Below are positions 11,065-22,030 of a DNA stretch of 64,000 nucleotides, one piece after another. A program made the translations under genes and the position numbers. Source of the stretch: Spirulina sp. GTDB lineage: Bacteria; Cyanobacteriota; Cyanobacteriia; Phormidesmidales; Phormidesmidaceae. The stretch covers positions 100,480 to 164,479 of the forward strand of contig JBIPSI010000010.1 in the NCBI GenBank assembly GCA_044070495.1. Reading direction: 5' to 3'. How positions within the stretch are numbered: the first letter of the stretch is position 1; each line of letters begins with the position of its first letter. The notes under the pieces are model-generated. The model did no database searches, was not told the origin of the DNA, and worked only from the letters and a program-made list of their open reading frames with translations.

Positions 11065-11427
11065 AAAGAACCGTTTTGTAGGTTAAACATGGGACTGAAA
11101 ACTGGGTATTGCCCCGCAGCATGTATGGCCCAAGGCTGTGGCTGGCTGGGCCGGGACGTGCCTAGGACAAGTTAAATCTGGGAGGACATAGGCTAAGGGG
11201 CATAGCGAGGCGATGTTGGGGGTTAGGGAAAACAGCTACGGCTGGGCTAAAGCGATAAACCTGAGATTGGCCCGGTTACGGTAATAATTCGAGGTTAGTT
11301 AGGGAGCGTATTCAGTTGTGGGACAAGCTTGATGGCGGGGCGAACCCATGGCGATAGAAGGAAGATTATCGAAAGTATCTAGGCAGGAGTCTTCCAACCC
11401 TATGGACGGAGGTACACCCATCCTCGG

Positions 11428-12315
11428 CTACGGCTTCGACATCAGCGCAGCCAGCACCGCTTGGATATGGTGCCGCACCGCTTCACTGGCGGGACAGAGG
11501 GGGAGCCGCACAGAACCCACATCCCAACCCCGCTGGGCGAGGGCGGTTTTCACAGGCACTGGGTTGGTGGTCACAAACAGCGCCTTAAAGAGCGGCAGCA
11601 ACTGGAGATGGATATCCATCGCTTGCCTCACCTGTCCGGCTTCGTAGGCTTGGATCATCTGCTGAAGCTGATCGCCCACGAGATGGCTGGCCACACTGAC
11701 CACCCCACTACCTCCCACCGACAGGGTCGGCAGGGTCAGCGAGTCATCCCCAGAGTAAATGAGAAAGTCGCTGGAAGTGTTCAGCCGAATTTGGCTGACT
11801 TGATCCAGGTTGCCGCTGGCCTCCTTGACTGCGACAATGTTTCCGACCTCGGCTAGGCGGGCAACGGTTTCCACCGCTAAGTTACACCCCGTACGCCCTG
11901 GGATGTTGTAGAGCATGATGGGCAGATCGGGCACGGCCTGGGCAATGTGCCGGAAATGCTCGTACAGCCCCTCCTGGGAAGGCTTGTTGTAGTAGGGCAC
12001 GACCTGGAGGGCACCATCTAAATCGAGATGGCTCGCCTTTTGGGTGGCCTCAATGGCTTCCTGGGTGGAATTAGACCCAGTGCCAGCTATCACCTTTGCC
12101 CGCCCTGCGACCGCCTGCTTAACTGTCTTAAACAGTTGGTACTCTTCCTCCCAGGATAGGGTGGGGGATTCACCCGTGGTACCGCACACCACGAGGCCAT
12201 CGCTGCCATGGTTGACCAGGTGATCCGCTAGACGCTCGGCCATTTCGTAGTTAACGGAGCCATCCGCTGAGAATGGCGTCACCATGGCCGTAAGCACTCT
12301 ACCGAAATACACCAC
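11428..12315 (-). CDS. dapA: 4-hydroxy-tetrahydrodipicolinate synthase
   Basis: [20 protein letters not shown] motifs. Confidence 0.97.
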   Translation of the reverse strand: MVYFGRVLTAMVTPFSADGSVNYEMAERLADHLVNHGSDGLVVCGTTGESPTLSWEEEYQLFKTVKQAVAGRAKVIAGTGSNSTQEAIEATQKASHLDLDGALQVVPYYNKPSQEGLYEHFRHIAQAVPDLPIMLYNIPGRTGCNLAVETVARLAEVGNIVAVKEASGNLDQVSQIRLNTSSDFLIYSGDDSLTLPTLSVGGSGVVSVASHLVGDQLQQMIQAYEAGQVRQAMDIHLQLLPLFKALFVTTNPVPVKTALAQRGWDVGSVRLPLCPASEAVRHHIQAVLAALMSKP

Positions 12316-12416
12316 TCGAATCTACTGTCCTCTGGTTAAAGGGCGTGACCCCCAGAGAAGCCAGCCCGACGTTTGGATTATACCAACTTAGCCCAAAATC
12401 TCAGGATGTGAACCCC

Positions 12417-13451
12417 CTAAACCGTCACAGGGGTAGCCAATTCGGACTGAACCGCTAGCAATTCTGCAATTTGGACAGCATTCAGGGCAGCCCCTTTGCG
12501 GATTTGGTCGCCGCACAGCCAAAGCTCTAGGGCGTTGGGGTTCGACAAGTCCTGACGAATGCGCCCCACCAGCACATCATCCTGGCCGCTGGCTTCGATG
12601 GGCATGGGGAAGTAGTTGCGGCTCCAGTCTTCTACTACTTTTACCCCAGGGGCTTGACTCAGAATTTGCTTGGCTTCGGCCACGGGGAAGGGCGCGCCAA
12701 ACTCAATGTTCAGCGCTTCGGAGTGGGCACGCAGTACGGGAACCCGCACACAGGTGGCCGAAATACGTAGCTCAGGAGACCCAAAAATCTTGCGGGTCTC
12801 GTTGACCATTTTCATTTCTTCCTGGCAGTAGCCCAGTTCATTCAGATCGGAGTTGTGGGGAAATAGGTTGAAGGCGAGGGGATAGGGAAACGCCTCGGCC
12901 ACGGGTTCTTCCCCGTTCAAAATCGCCTGGGCCTGCCGCTTCACTTCCTCCATGGCCCGTGCCCCAGCCCCGCTGGCTGACTGGTAGGTAGACACCACCA
13001 AACGCTGGATGGGTTGGATCTGATGCAGAGGCCACAGGGCCAGGGACATCAGAATTGTGGTGCAGTTGGGATTAGCGATAATGCCCTGGTGCTGGTAGGT
13101 TGCCTCTGGGTTTACTTCGGGAACCACGAGGGGAACGTTGGGATCCATGCGGAAGGCGCTGGAGTTGTCAATGGACACCGCCCCCGCCGCCGAGGCCTTG
13201 GGCAGCCATTCCTTAGAAATCGAGCCGCCCGCCGAGGCCAGCACCAGGTCAATGCCGTCAAAAGCACCCTCGCCCAGAGCTTCCACCGTCAGGGTTTCGC
13301 CCATGAAGGACAGCTTGGTACCCGCCGACCGGGAGGAAGCCAGCAACTTCAGGGTTTTCACGGGAAAGGCACGCTGTTCCAGAATGGCTAAAAGCTCGGC
13401 TCCGACGGCCCCAGTAGCGCCCAAAACAGCGACGTTCAACCCGTTAGACAC
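12417..13451 (-). CDS. asd: Aspartate-semialdehyde dehydrogenase
   Basis: GATGAVG, IDNSSAFRM, ANPNCTT, STYQSASGAG, DQIRKGAALN. Confidence 0.98.
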   Translation of the reverse strand: MSNGLNVAVLGATGAVGAELLAILEQRAFPVKTLKLLASSRSAGTKLSFMGETLTVEALGEGAFDGIDLVLASAGGSISKEWLPKASAAGAVSIDNSSAFRMDPNVPLVVPEVNPEATYQHQGIIANPNCTTILMSLALWPLHQIQPIQRLVVSTYQSASGAGARAMEEVKRQAQAILNGEEPVAEAFPYPLAFNLFPHNSDLNELGYCQEEMKMVNETRKIFGSPELRISATCVRVPVLRAHSEALNIEFGAPFPVAEAKQILSQAPGVKVVEDWSRNYFPMPIEASGQDDVLVGRIRQDLSNPNALELWLCGDQIRKGAALNAVQIAELLAVQSELATPVTV

Positions 13452-13608
13452 AGCGTTACCCCTTAAAAATTTCTAAATTTAGTCAGTCTGATGATCCTAG
13501 CATCTGAGTCCCATCCCCCATCGTTTTTGAATCCTCACCCTAGGCCCAACAGCGGCTTGCATTTGGAGTATGCTTATTAACTGCGTCAATTTTTTAGCAG
13601 CAGAGCCC

Positions 13609-15036
13609 ATGAAAGTTACCCAGGAAGTATTGCCCGACAGCCAAGTTGGTCTAGAGATTGAGATTCCCTCAGAGATGTCTCAAAAGACCTACGACCAGGT
13701 GCTCAACAAAATGATGCGTACCATCAATATTCCTGGCTTTCGTAAGGGGAAGGTGCCCAAGCCCGTGTTCCTACAGCGGGTGGGTATTTCCCAATTTAAG
13801 GCGGCGGTGCTAGAGGAATTGGTGCAGTCGGCGGTGGATCAGGCGATCAAGCAAGAGAAAATCGACGCCATCGGCAACTATCAACTCAAGTCGGACTTCG
13901 AGGCGCTGATCAGCCAGTACGAACCTAGCCAAGGGCTGACCCTTCAGGTTTCCGTGGATGTGCCCCCCCGCGTGACGCTGAAGCAATATAAGGATCTCTC
14001 GGTGCAGGCGGAGGAAATTCTGCCCGACCTAGAGCAGGTGGATCAAACCCTAGAACGCTACCAAAATAATCTGGCTACCCTGGTGCCCGTGGAGGATCGT
14101 CCTGCCCAAATGGGCGACATTGCCGTGATTGACTTTGTCGGCAAGGTGCAGGACGAATCCGGCGAGTGGGAAGCCTTTGAAGGCGGTTCCGCCGAAGACT
14201 TCCAGGTGGAACTGTCCGAGGGCCGCTTCATCCCTGGGTTCATCGAAGGCATTGCTGGCATGGCCCTAGAGGAATCCAAAGATTTGGAAATTGCTTTCCC
14301 CGATGACTATTCCCAGCCCGACCTTGCCGGGAAGCCTGCGCTGTTTTCCATCACCCTGAAGGAAATTAAGGAAAAGGAACTGCCGGAACTCGACGACGAC
14401 TTTGCCCAGGAGGTCAGCGAGTACGAAACCATCGCCGAACTGCGCGACTCCCTCGAAAAGCGCTACACCGAAGAGGCCGAAAACCGTACGAAAACCAACA
14501 AAAACGAAGCCCTCATCGAGGCTCTCGTCGAGCATTTAGAGGCCGAAATTCCCAACACCTTGATCCAGCGGGAGGTGGATTTCCTGCTCTCCCAAACAAT
14601 CATGCAGTTCAGCCGTCAGGGCATTGACGTGAACAAACTGCTGACCCGCGACATTGTGGACAACATGCGGAAGCAAGCCCGTCCCGATGCAGTGGCGCGA
14701 TTGAAGCGCACCCTAGCCCTCGGTGAAGTGGCCAAGCAGGAGGACATCGCCGTGGAAAAGGATGCCCTAGAGGCCAAGGTCGAGGAGGTCATGGCCGATA
14801 TCGAGGACATCGACCAAATTGATCCGGAGCGGCTGGTTCAGGTGCTTGAGGAAGAACTGCTCCAGGAGAAAATCCTCACCTGGCTAGAGGGGGTCAACAC
14901 CATCGAGCTAGTGCCCGAAGGTAGCTTGAAAAAAGCTGACGAAGAAGCTGAAACGGAGGAAGACACGGAAGTCGCTGCCGAAGCCGAAGCCGCCGCATCG
15001 GCCACGGTTGACGTAGAAGCAACGGCAGCGGACTAG
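13609..15036 (+). CDS. tig: Trigger factor
   Basis: MKVTQE start, PGFRKGKVP ribosome-binding motif, FKBP domain, tig-clpP-clpX synteny. Confidence 0.97.
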   Translation: MKVTQEVLPDSQVGLEIEIPSEMSQKTYDQVLNKMMRTINIPGFRKGKVPKPVFLQRVGISQFKAAVLEELVQSAVDQAIKQEKIDAIGNYQLKSDFEALISQYEPSQGLTLQVSVDVPPRVTLKQYKDLSVQAEEILPDLEQVDQTLERYQNNLATLVPVEDRPAQMGDIAVIDFVGKVQDESGEWEAFEGGSAEDFQVELSEGRFIPGFIEGIAGMALEESKDLEIAFPDDYSQPDLAGKPALFSITLKEIKEKELPELDDDFAQEVSEYETIAELRDSLEKRYTEEAENRTKTNKNEALIEALVEHLEAEIPNTLIQREVDFLLSQTIMQFSRQGIDVNKLLTRDIVDNMRKQARPDAVARLKRTLALGEVAKQEDIAVEKDALEAKVEEVMADIEDIDQIDPERLVQVLEEELLQEKILTWLEGVNTIELVPEGSLKKADEEAETEEDTEVAAEAEAAASATVDVEATAAD

Positions 15037-15274
15037 ATCTAGACTGAACCGAGCCTCAGGTTTTCGGTCAGGTCAACCTTCTGCGTGGTAGTCCTAGCGG
15101 CATCGATCTGGGCTCGAGATAGCTTAAGGTTTTTCGGTTAGGTCAATGCTCTCCGGGGTAGCCCATGGGTTTTGGGGCATAATGTCGGTTAGGGGTCGCT
15201 GATCCCGGCGATAGCGATCCTGCTCCCCAGGACATTTTTGCTCCGCAGCCCTTGAAATATTCCGCAAACCCACT

Positions 15275-15964
15275 ATGATTGCATCGAACATCGGTTACAG
15301 GTCTATTACGAGCTTGAGTTCTACCGCTGCTAGCCTCAATCAGTTGCAGAACATTCTCCCCGTCGTCGTTGAGCAATCCGGTCGGGGAGAGCGGGCTTTC
15401 GATATTTATTCTCGGCTCCTCCGTGAGCGGATTGTCTTTTTGGGCACTCCGGTGACTGGAGAAGTGGCAGACTCCATCGTGGCTCAGCTGCTCTATCTCG
15501 ATGCTGAGGATCCTGAGAAGGATGTGCAGCTTTACATCAATTCTCCCGGCGGTTCCGTAACGGCAGGCATGGCCATTTACGACACCATGCAGCAGATTCG
15601 TCCCGATGTTGTCACCATCTGCTTTGGCTTGGCAGCCAGTATGGGAGCCTTTCTGCTCTGTGCCGGGGCCAAGGGCAAGCGGCTTTCCCTGCCCAGTTCC
15701 CGAATCATGATTCACCAGCCCCTTGGCGGTGCCCAGGGTCAGGCGGTAGACATCGCCATCCAAGCAAAGGAAATTCTTTACCATAAGAACCGCTTGAATG
15801 AATTAATCGCCTACCATACAGGGCAACCCATAGATCGCGTGGAAGCCGACACCGAGCGGGACTTCTATATGTCGGCAGAGGATGCCAAACAATACGGGCT
15901 GATTGACAATGTGGTGGAACAGCACGCCCTGTCCGCCCATCCCGCTGTGACTGCACTCAATTAG
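15275..15964 (+). CDS. clpP: ATP-dependent Clp protease proteolytic subunit (clpX-linked paralogue)
   Basis: [28 protein letters not shown]. Confidence 0.97.
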   Translation: MIASNIGYRSITSLSSTAASLNQLQNILPVVVEQSGRGERAFDIYSRLLRERIVFLGTPVTGEVADSIVAQLLYLDAEDPEKDVQLYINSPGGSVTAGMAIYDTMQQIRPDVVTICFGLAASMGAFLLCAGAKGKRLSLPSSRIMIHQPLGGAQGQAVDIAIQAKEILYHKNRLNELIAYHTGQPIDRVEADTERDFYMSAEDAKQYGLIDNVVEQHALSAHPAVTALN

Positions 15965-15974
15965 GGTCAGATTT

Positions 15975-17315
15975 ATGTCTAAGTACGACTCCCATCTCAA
16001 GTGCTCATTTTGTGGCAAGTCTCAAGAGCAGGTGCGCAAGCTGATTGCGGGGCCGGGGGTCTACATCTGCGACGAGTGCGTTGACCTGTGCAACGAAATT
16101 TTGGACGAGGAATTGTTTGACGCGGGGGCCACGGTGGCCCAGCCGGTGTCCCGTCGAGAAGCGGTAGCGGCGGATCGCCCCCGGTCTTCGTCCACCATTT
16201 CCCTCAGCCAAATTCCGAAGCCCAGAGAAATTAAAAATTATCTCGATGATCATGTCATCGGCCAAGACGAAGCGAAAAAGGTGTTGTCTGTCGCGGTCTA
16301 CAACCACTACAAGCGGTTGAGCTACCTGCAAAGTGTCGAGGGCGAGTCCACCGATGACACCATTGAACTCCAGAAATCCAACATTTTGCTGATTGGCCCC
16401 ACCGGCTGCGGTAAAACCCTGCTGGCCCAAACCCTGGCCCGCATTTTGGATGTGCCCTTTGCCGTCGCCGATGCCACCACCCTCACCGAGGCTGGGTATG
16501 TGGGAGAGGATGTGGAAAATATTCTGCTGCGACTATTGCAGGTTGCCGATTTAGACGTGGAAGAAGCCCAGCGCGGCATCATCTACATCGACGAAATCGA
16601 CAAAATTGCCCGTAAGAGCGAAAACCCCTCCATCACCCGCGATGTCTCCGGCGAAGGGGTTCAGCAAGCCCTGCTAAAAATGCTAGAGGGCACCGTCGCC
16701 AATGTGCCTCCCCAGGGAGGGCGCAAGCATCCCTACCAAGACTGCATTCAGATTGACACCAGCAATATTCTATTTATTTGCGGTGGAGCCTTTGTGGGCC
16801 TAGAGAAAATTGTTGAGCAGCGCATGGGCAAAAAGTCGATTGGCTTTGTTCAGCCTGGGGAAGCTCAGCTATCTCGCGAGAAACGGGCAGCGGATGTGCT
16901 ACGGCATCTAGAACCCGATGATCTGGTGAAGTTTGGCTTGATTCCTGAATTTATTGGCCGTATTCCTGCCACCACCGTGGTTGAACCGCTGGATGAAGAA
17001 TCCCTAGTCGCTATTCTGACGGAGCCGAAGAACGCCCTAGTCAAGCAATTCCAGAAGCTGATGCGGATGGATAACGTGCAGCTTGACTTTAAGCCCGACG
17101 CCCTCAAAGCCATTGCGCGGGAAGCCTATCGCCGCAAAACCGGAGCCCGTGCCCTGCGCGGCATCATCGAGGAACTGATGCTGGATGTGATGTACGAGCT
17201 GCCTTCCCGTAAGGATCTCAAGCGCTGCACCATCACCCGCGAAATGGTAGAACAGCGGTCTACGGCGGACTTGCTGCTGCACCCCTCCTCCATCCCCACC
17301 CCTGAGTCGGCCTAG
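15975..17315 (+). CDS. clpX: Clp protease ATP-binding subunit ClpX
   Basis: CSFC...CDEC zinc finger, [16 protein letters not shown]. Confidence 0.99.
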   Translation: MSKYDSHLKCSFCGKSQEQVRKLIAGPGVYICDECVDLCNEILDEELFDAGATVAQPVSRREAVAADRPRSSSTISLSQIPKPREIKNYLDDHVIGQDEAKKVLSVAVYNHYKRLSYLQSVEGESTDDTIELQKSNILLIGPTGCGKTLLAQTLARILDVPFAVADATTLTEAGYVGEDVENILLRLLQVADLDVEEAQRGIIYIDEIDKIARKSENPSITRDVSGEGVQQALLKMLEGTVANVPPQGGRKHPYQDCIQIDTSNILFICGGAFVGLEKIVEQRMGKKSIGFVQPGEAQLSREKRAADVLRHLEPDDLVKFGLIPEFIGRIPATTVVEPLDEESLVAILTEPKNALVKQFQKLMRMDNVQLDFKPDALKAIAREAYRRKTGARALRGIIEELMLDVMYELPSRKDLKRCTITREMVEQRSTADLLLHPSSIPTPESA

Positions 17316-17317
17316 TT

Positions 17318-18193
17318 ATGCCCTACGTTCAGGTCAATCAGGTCGCTCACTACTACGAGTGGATCGGCGCAGAAACCCCTCGTCCGGCCAGTTCTAGCAA
17401 GCCTGTGATGGTCTTTGTCCACGGCTGGGCCGGGTCAGCCCGCTACTGGCGCACCACCGCTGAAGCATTGGCTCAAGATTACGACTGCCTGCTCTACGAC
17501 ATGCGTGGCTTTGGCCGTTCCACCATTGCCCCCGACCAAGCCGAGGCCCAAAAAGCACGGGGCTATGAGCTAGAAACCTTTGCCGACGACCTGGCGATGC
17601 TGTTGGATGCCCTAGACCTACCCAAGGTTTCGATCAACGCCCACTCCATGGGGGCTTCGGTCGCGGTCTACTTTTTGAACCGCTATCCCCATCGGGTAGA
17701 ACGGGCGATTCTCACCTGTAACGGCATTTTTGAGTACGACAAAGCCGCCTTTGATGCCTTCTATCGCTTTGGGGGCTATGTGGTGGCCTTCCGCCCCCCG
17801 TGGCTCGGCCAAATTCCCCTGGCCCCCCGCTTTTTCATGGCGCGGTTTCTCCATAAACCGATTCCCGCCGCTGAAAAAATTGCCTTCCTAGAAGATTTCC
17901 TCAACGCCGATTACGACACCGCCCTGGGCACCATTTTTACCTCCGTCAGCAAACAGGCTACAGAGGTGATGCCTGTAGAATTTGCCAAAATTTCCGTGCC
18001 TACGCTGCTGGTTTCCGGGGAGTTCGACAAAATCACCCCTGCACCCCTGGGCCAAAAAGCGGCGGAGTTAAATCCCAAAATTCAGTATGCCCTCGTCAAG
18101 AAAACCGGGCATTTCCCTATGCTGGAAGACGCCGAAACCTACCTAGGCTACGTGCGTTCTTTCCTTGCAGATGTTAGCAGAATCAATTACTAG
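17318..18193 (+). CDS. Alpha/beta-fold hydrolase
   Basis: FVHGW, DMRGFGRS, AHSMG nucleophile elbow, GH catalytic His. Confidence 0.9.
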   Translation: MPYVQVNQVAHYYEWIGAETPRPASSSKPVMVFVHGWAGSARYWRTTAEALAQDYDCLLYDMRGFGRSTIAPDQAEAQKARGYELETFADDLAMLLDALDLPKVSINAHSMGASVAVYFLNRYPHRVERAILTCNGIFEYDKAAFDAFYRFGGYVVAFRPPWLGQIPLAPRFFMARFLHKPIPAAEKIAFLEDFLNADYDTALGTIFTSVSKQATEVMPVEFAKISVPTLLVSGEFDKITPAPLGQKAAELNPKIQYALVKKTGHFPMLEDAETYLGYVRSFLADVSRINY

Positions 18194-18318
18194 GGCCTTG
18201 GGTTGAGTCCTTTAGACAGCGCTGCAACGCATCGTTTCTAGTCAACATGTGTTCAAATTATCACGGCTTATTCTGCTATAGCTTTGGCTAACTCACTCCA
18301 CAAAAATTGTCAGATACA

Positions 18319-18945
18319 CTAATCATCACCTGTTGCATCGAAATAGCACATCCTCATAGCCGCACATACATCACTCTGAAAGCAGGTGTCGCACATGTAG
18401 AACTGCAACCAAGTCCTACCGATTTCATCCAGATACTGACTTTGCGTAGATGTTTGGTTTATGAATTTTTCTGGAACTGGCTTATCAAAAAGATTGATAA
18501 TAATTTCTCTTGTCTTCTCATAGTTGCCAGTATCAATGTGAATTGCTGCGATCAAAGCCTCAAACGTTTCTCCTAATACAGACGCCTGGCTTTGAATTCC
18601 TTGTTTTCTCTCGCCTGCTCCAAGACGAATAAATTTTGCAAGGCCAAGTTCTTCAAACATCCTACCCAGACTTTCTCGTTTTTCAAGCTCCATCTTTTTA
18701 TTGGTAATTGATTCGCGGCTGTCATAGCCTTGTTGAATCAGCATCTCAACCAGAGACGCCTTTAAGATAACGTCACCAAGAATCCGATATAATTCTTGAT
18801 CTTTGCAATCTTGCCCTCGTTGTTTTTGCTCCTGCGCGAATGCTTTTCGAGTTAGCGCTTGAATGAGTAGATTTTTATCTTTAAAGGTGTAGTTTAGACG
18901 TTGCTCCAAAAATTCAATATCTTCAGGTTCCATTGCTAAATCCAT
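18319..18945 (-). CDS. RNase III-domain protein (no dsRBD, degenerate signature, Cys-rich tail)
   Basis: LNYTFKDKNLLIQALT, YRILGDVIL and LGETFEALIAAIHID match RNase III fold motifs; AT-rich relative to flanks. Confidence 0.75.
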   Translation of the reverse strand: MDLAMEPEDIEFLEQRLNYTFKDKNLLIQALTRKAFAQEQKQRGQDCKDQELYRILGDVILKASLVEMLIQQGYDSRESITNKKMELEKRESLGRMFEELGLAKFIRLGAGERKQGIQSQASVLGETFEALIAAIHIDTGNYEKTREIIINLFDKPVPEKFINQTSTQSQYLDEIGRTWLQFYMCDTCFQSDVCAAMRMCYFDATGDD

Positions 18946-18995
18946 CTGCTAAATATCGCTCATAATCAGTTAATACACATTTTAACCTTGCAAGT

Positions 18996-20294
18996 ATGGA
19001 ATTCCTGTCTACAGACCACCTGATGGCCTTAGATCGGCAGCATGTGTGGCACCCCTATGCGCCGATGCCAAATACGGGGCCAACCTTCCCGATCCGTTCG
19101 GCCCAAGGGGTTTATTTGGAGCTAGAAACCGGAGAGCGCTTGGTGGATGGTATGTCCTCCTGGTGGACCTGTATTCACGGCTATAACCATCCCCAATTGA
19201 ATCAGGCCGCTATCGACCAGATGGGACGGATGAGCCATGTGATGTTTGGCGGCTTAACCCATCAGCCCGCCGTGCAGTTGGCGAAGCGATTGGTTGATCT
19301 GACTCCAGCACCGCTTCAGCATGTGTTTTTCTGTGATTCTGGCTCGGTGGCGGTGGAGGTGGCGATGAAGATGGCCATCCAGTATTGGTACAACCAGGGC
19401 CAGCCGCAAAAGCAGCATTTTTTGACGATTCGCAACGGCTACCACGGTGACACCTTTGCGGCCATGGCGGTGTGTGACCCGGTGAACGGAATGCACCACC
19501 TGTTTCGCAATAGTTTGGTAGAACAGTATTTTGCCGATGCTCCCCAAATTCCCGTTGATGGCGACTGGCAGGAGGCGGATATTGCCAGTTTTGCCGATAT
19601 TTTGGAGCGTCATCACCAAGACCTAGCGGCGGCCATTTTTGAGCCCGTGGTGCAGGGGGCCGGGGGAATGCGGTTCTACAGCCCGCAATACGTCAAACGG
19701 GCGCGGGAACTCTGCGATCAGTACGGTGTACTGCTGATTTTGGATGAAATTGCTACAGGTTTTGGCCGTACGGGCAAGCGCTTTGCCTGCGACTATGCCC
19801 AAGTGGCCCCCGATTTGATGTGTGTGGGTAAGGCGCTAACGGGGGGCTTTATGTCCCTAGCGGCGACCCTGGCGACAACGGAAATTAGCCAAACCTTTGC
19901 CCAGGGAGAGGCGGGTGTCTTTATGCATGGGCCAACCTTTATGGCCAATCCCCTGGCCTGTGCCGTGGCCCTAGCCAGCTTGGATATTCTAGACAAGGGC
20001 GACTGGGTGGGGCAGGTGCACCGGATTGAAGCCCAACTGCGGCAGGAACTCGCGCCCTGTCGAGCGTTCCCATCTGTAAAAGACGTGCGGGTGCTGGGGG
20101 CGATTGGAGTGGTAGAACTGCATCAGCCCGTGGATATGGCGGTGGTGCAGCCTCGGTTTGTGCAGCGGGGAGTGTGGCTGCGGCCCTTTGGGCGGTTGAT
20201 TTACACGATGCCGCCCTACATCATTGAGCCAGATCAACTGAGGCGGATTACTGAGGCGGTTGTGACGATTACCCAACAACTCACCACCCCCTAG
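18996..20294 (+). CDS. bioA: Adenosylmethionine-8-amino-7-oxononanoate aminotransferase
   Basis: VWHPY, DGMSSWW, SGSVAVEVAMKMA, YHGDT, DEIATGFGRTG, HGPTFMANP. Confidence 0.96.
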   Translation: MEFLSTDHLMALDRQHVWHPYAPMPNTGPTFPIRSAQGVYLELETGERLVDGMSSWWTCIHGYNHPQLNQAAIDQMGRMSHVMFGGLTHQPAVQLAKRLVDLTPAPLQHVFFCDSGSVAVEVAMKMAIQYWYNQGQPQKQHFLTIRNGYHGDTFAAMAVCDPVNGMHHLFRNSLVEQYFADAPQIPVDGDWQEADIASFADILERHHQDLAAAIFEPVVQGAGGMRFYSPQYVKRARELCDQYGVLLILDEIATGFGRTGKRFACDYAQVAPDLMCVGKALTGGFMSLAATLATTEISQTFAQGEAGVFMHGPTFMANPLACAVALASLDILDKGDWVGQVHRIEAQLRQELAPCRAFPSVKDVRVLGAIGVVELHQPVDMAVVQPRFVQRGVWLRPFGRLIYTMPPYIIEPDQLRRITEAVVTITQQLTTP

Positions 20295-20392
20295 GTTGTG
20301 GTTAGCGTAGAAACCGGGTTTCTATATCGGCGTTCTAGGGGGAACGTCATATCAGCGTAGTATGAAGGCATAGCGGCTTACGGATTCTTTTT

Positions 20393-21304
20393 ATGGCTAT
20401 GACGGTCACGATTGCCTACCTAGGCCCCGAAGGCACCTACTCTCAGTTGGCCGCCCTAGCCTACAGCCTAGAGCTAGAGCGCCAACAAAAGATTCCCGTG
20501 ACGTTGCGGGCTTTTCCTAGCATCCCAAAAGCCATGCAGGCCACCGCCGATGGAGAAACCACGCTCACCATCGTACCCGTTGAAAACTCGATTGAGGGCG
20601 GCGTTACCACCACCCTCGATACCCTGTGGCGGCTAGAAACCCTACGGGTGCATCGCGCCCTAGTGATGCCCATTCGCCACGGGTTTCTTTCCTATGCCCC
20701 CGATCTTGGCCACATTCGCACCGTTTATTCCCATCCCCAAGCCCTGTCTCAATGTCAAAACTGGCTAGAACGCCAGGTTCCCCAGGCCGCCTTAGTGCCC
20801 ACCAGTTCTACCACCGAAGCCCTTCAGCATTTGGCTGACAACCCCAACATTGGGGCGATTTCATCGGAATGGGCCGCCCAACTCTACGACCTACCCATTC
20901 TCGCCCACGACATCAATGATCTCGCCGACAATTGCACAAAATTTTGGGTATTAGGGCCACCCAATAGCGTCGTCGCACAACCTACAGGCACCTATACATC
21001 CCTGGCATTTACGCTACCGATTAATGCCCCAGGGGCGCTGCTCAAGCCCCTACAGGTGTTTGCCCACCACGCCATTAACCTCAGCCGGATTGAATCCCGG
21101 CCTGCGAAGCGGGCTTTAGGCGATTACCTCTTTTTTGTGGATTTAGAGGCTGACTGTCATCAAGATAAAACCCTCAAGGCTATCGCAGAACTCAAGCTCT
21201 GTACCGAACAACTCATGGACTTCGGTAGCTACGATTTAGTGATGGTTAACGGCGACCTAACGGCAGCTAAAACTAAGTGCAACGCGGATTCATCGAAAAA
21301 CTAG
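20393..21304 (+). CDS. pheA: Prephenate dehydratase
   Basis: YLGPEGTYS, PVENSIEG, SHPQALSQC, ACT domain with IESRP. Confidence 0.96.
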   Translation: MAMTVTIAYLGPEGTYSQLAALAYSLELERQQKIPVTLRAFPSIPKAMQATADGETTLTIVPVENSIEGGVTTTLDTLWRLETLRVHRALVMPIRHGFLSYAPDLGHIRTVYSHPQALSQCQNWLERQVPQAALVPTSSTTEALQHLADNPNIGAISSEWAAQLYDLPILAHDINDLADNCTKFWVLGPPNSVVAQPTGTYTSLAFTLPINAPGALLKPLQVFAHHAINLSRIESRPAKRALGDYLFFVDLEADCHQDKTLKAIAELKLCTEQLMDFGSYDLVMVNGDLTAAKTKCNADSSKN

Positions 21305-21455
21305 TTAAAGTAGGCCCACCACCGATAGGTTAGAGACAATTGAATGCGCTTGCTTGCTTTGAGATAACGGATCGAAAGATAGATAAAATAAAAGCCTAAT
21401 TTTTGTCTCCAATCATCGATGGAAGGATTGGCAAAGCGATCAAAAGTCCCCGCCG

Positions 21456-21570
21456 CCCTCACCCCCAGCCCCTCTCCCAGAAGGGCGTTCGCGAAGCGTC
21501 TCCGCAGGAGAAGGGGAGCCGGAAGTCCTTCAAAGTCCCTCTCCCATGTTGGGAGAGGGATTTAGGGTGT
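21456..21570. repeat. CCCTCACCCC/CCCTCTCCC...GGGAGAGGG palindromic dispersed repeat, copy A, with a nested 24-nt insert
   Basis: Aligns with the reverse complement of 23529-23624 apart from an insert at 21488-21511. Confidence 0.85.
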
Positions 21571-21724
21571 AGCTTGCTTCCTGTTAGGGTGGGCTGGATC
21601 TCGGTAACAGAGCATGTTTGTGATCTACTGAGCCTAGTTAAAGGCAACTCACCAAAGCCAGATTGGCGCTACACATGGATTCTAAGCAGAGTTCTTATGA
21701 GGATCGCAGCCTGTTAACAGGTGA

Positions 21725-22030
21725 CTATAGGCTCCCTTCCACCCTGGCATTAAAGCCGTAGACTTTACGTTCTCCGGCGAGGGCAACGAGGGTGACGGTG
21801 CGCTCATCCCCTGGTTCAAAACGAACGGCGGTGCCAGCGGGAATGTCTAGGCGCATACCTCGCGCTTGATCTCGGTCGAAGCTGAGGGCAGCGTTGACTT
21901 CGTAAAAGTGAAAGTGGGATCCGACTTGGATAGGGCGATCTCCCGTATTGGCTACCGTTAGGGTCGCGGTAGGTTTTCCAGCGTTCAGTTCAATCTCGCC
22001 TGCGGCGGGCAGCAGTTCTCCGGGAATCAT
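21725..22030 (-). CDS. ureB: Urease beta subunit
   Basis: MIPGE...[15 protein letters not shown]...[15 protein letters not shown]. Confidence 0.98.
   Translation of the reverse strand: MIPGELLPAAGEIELNAGKPTATLTVANTGDRPIQVGSHFHFYEVNAALSFDRDQARGMRLDIPAGTAVRFEPGDERTVTLVALAGERKVYGFNARVEGSL

Noticed and set aside
15143..15784. 213-aa antisense ORF over clpP
   Set aside because: Shadow frame of a conserved gene; no independent motifs.
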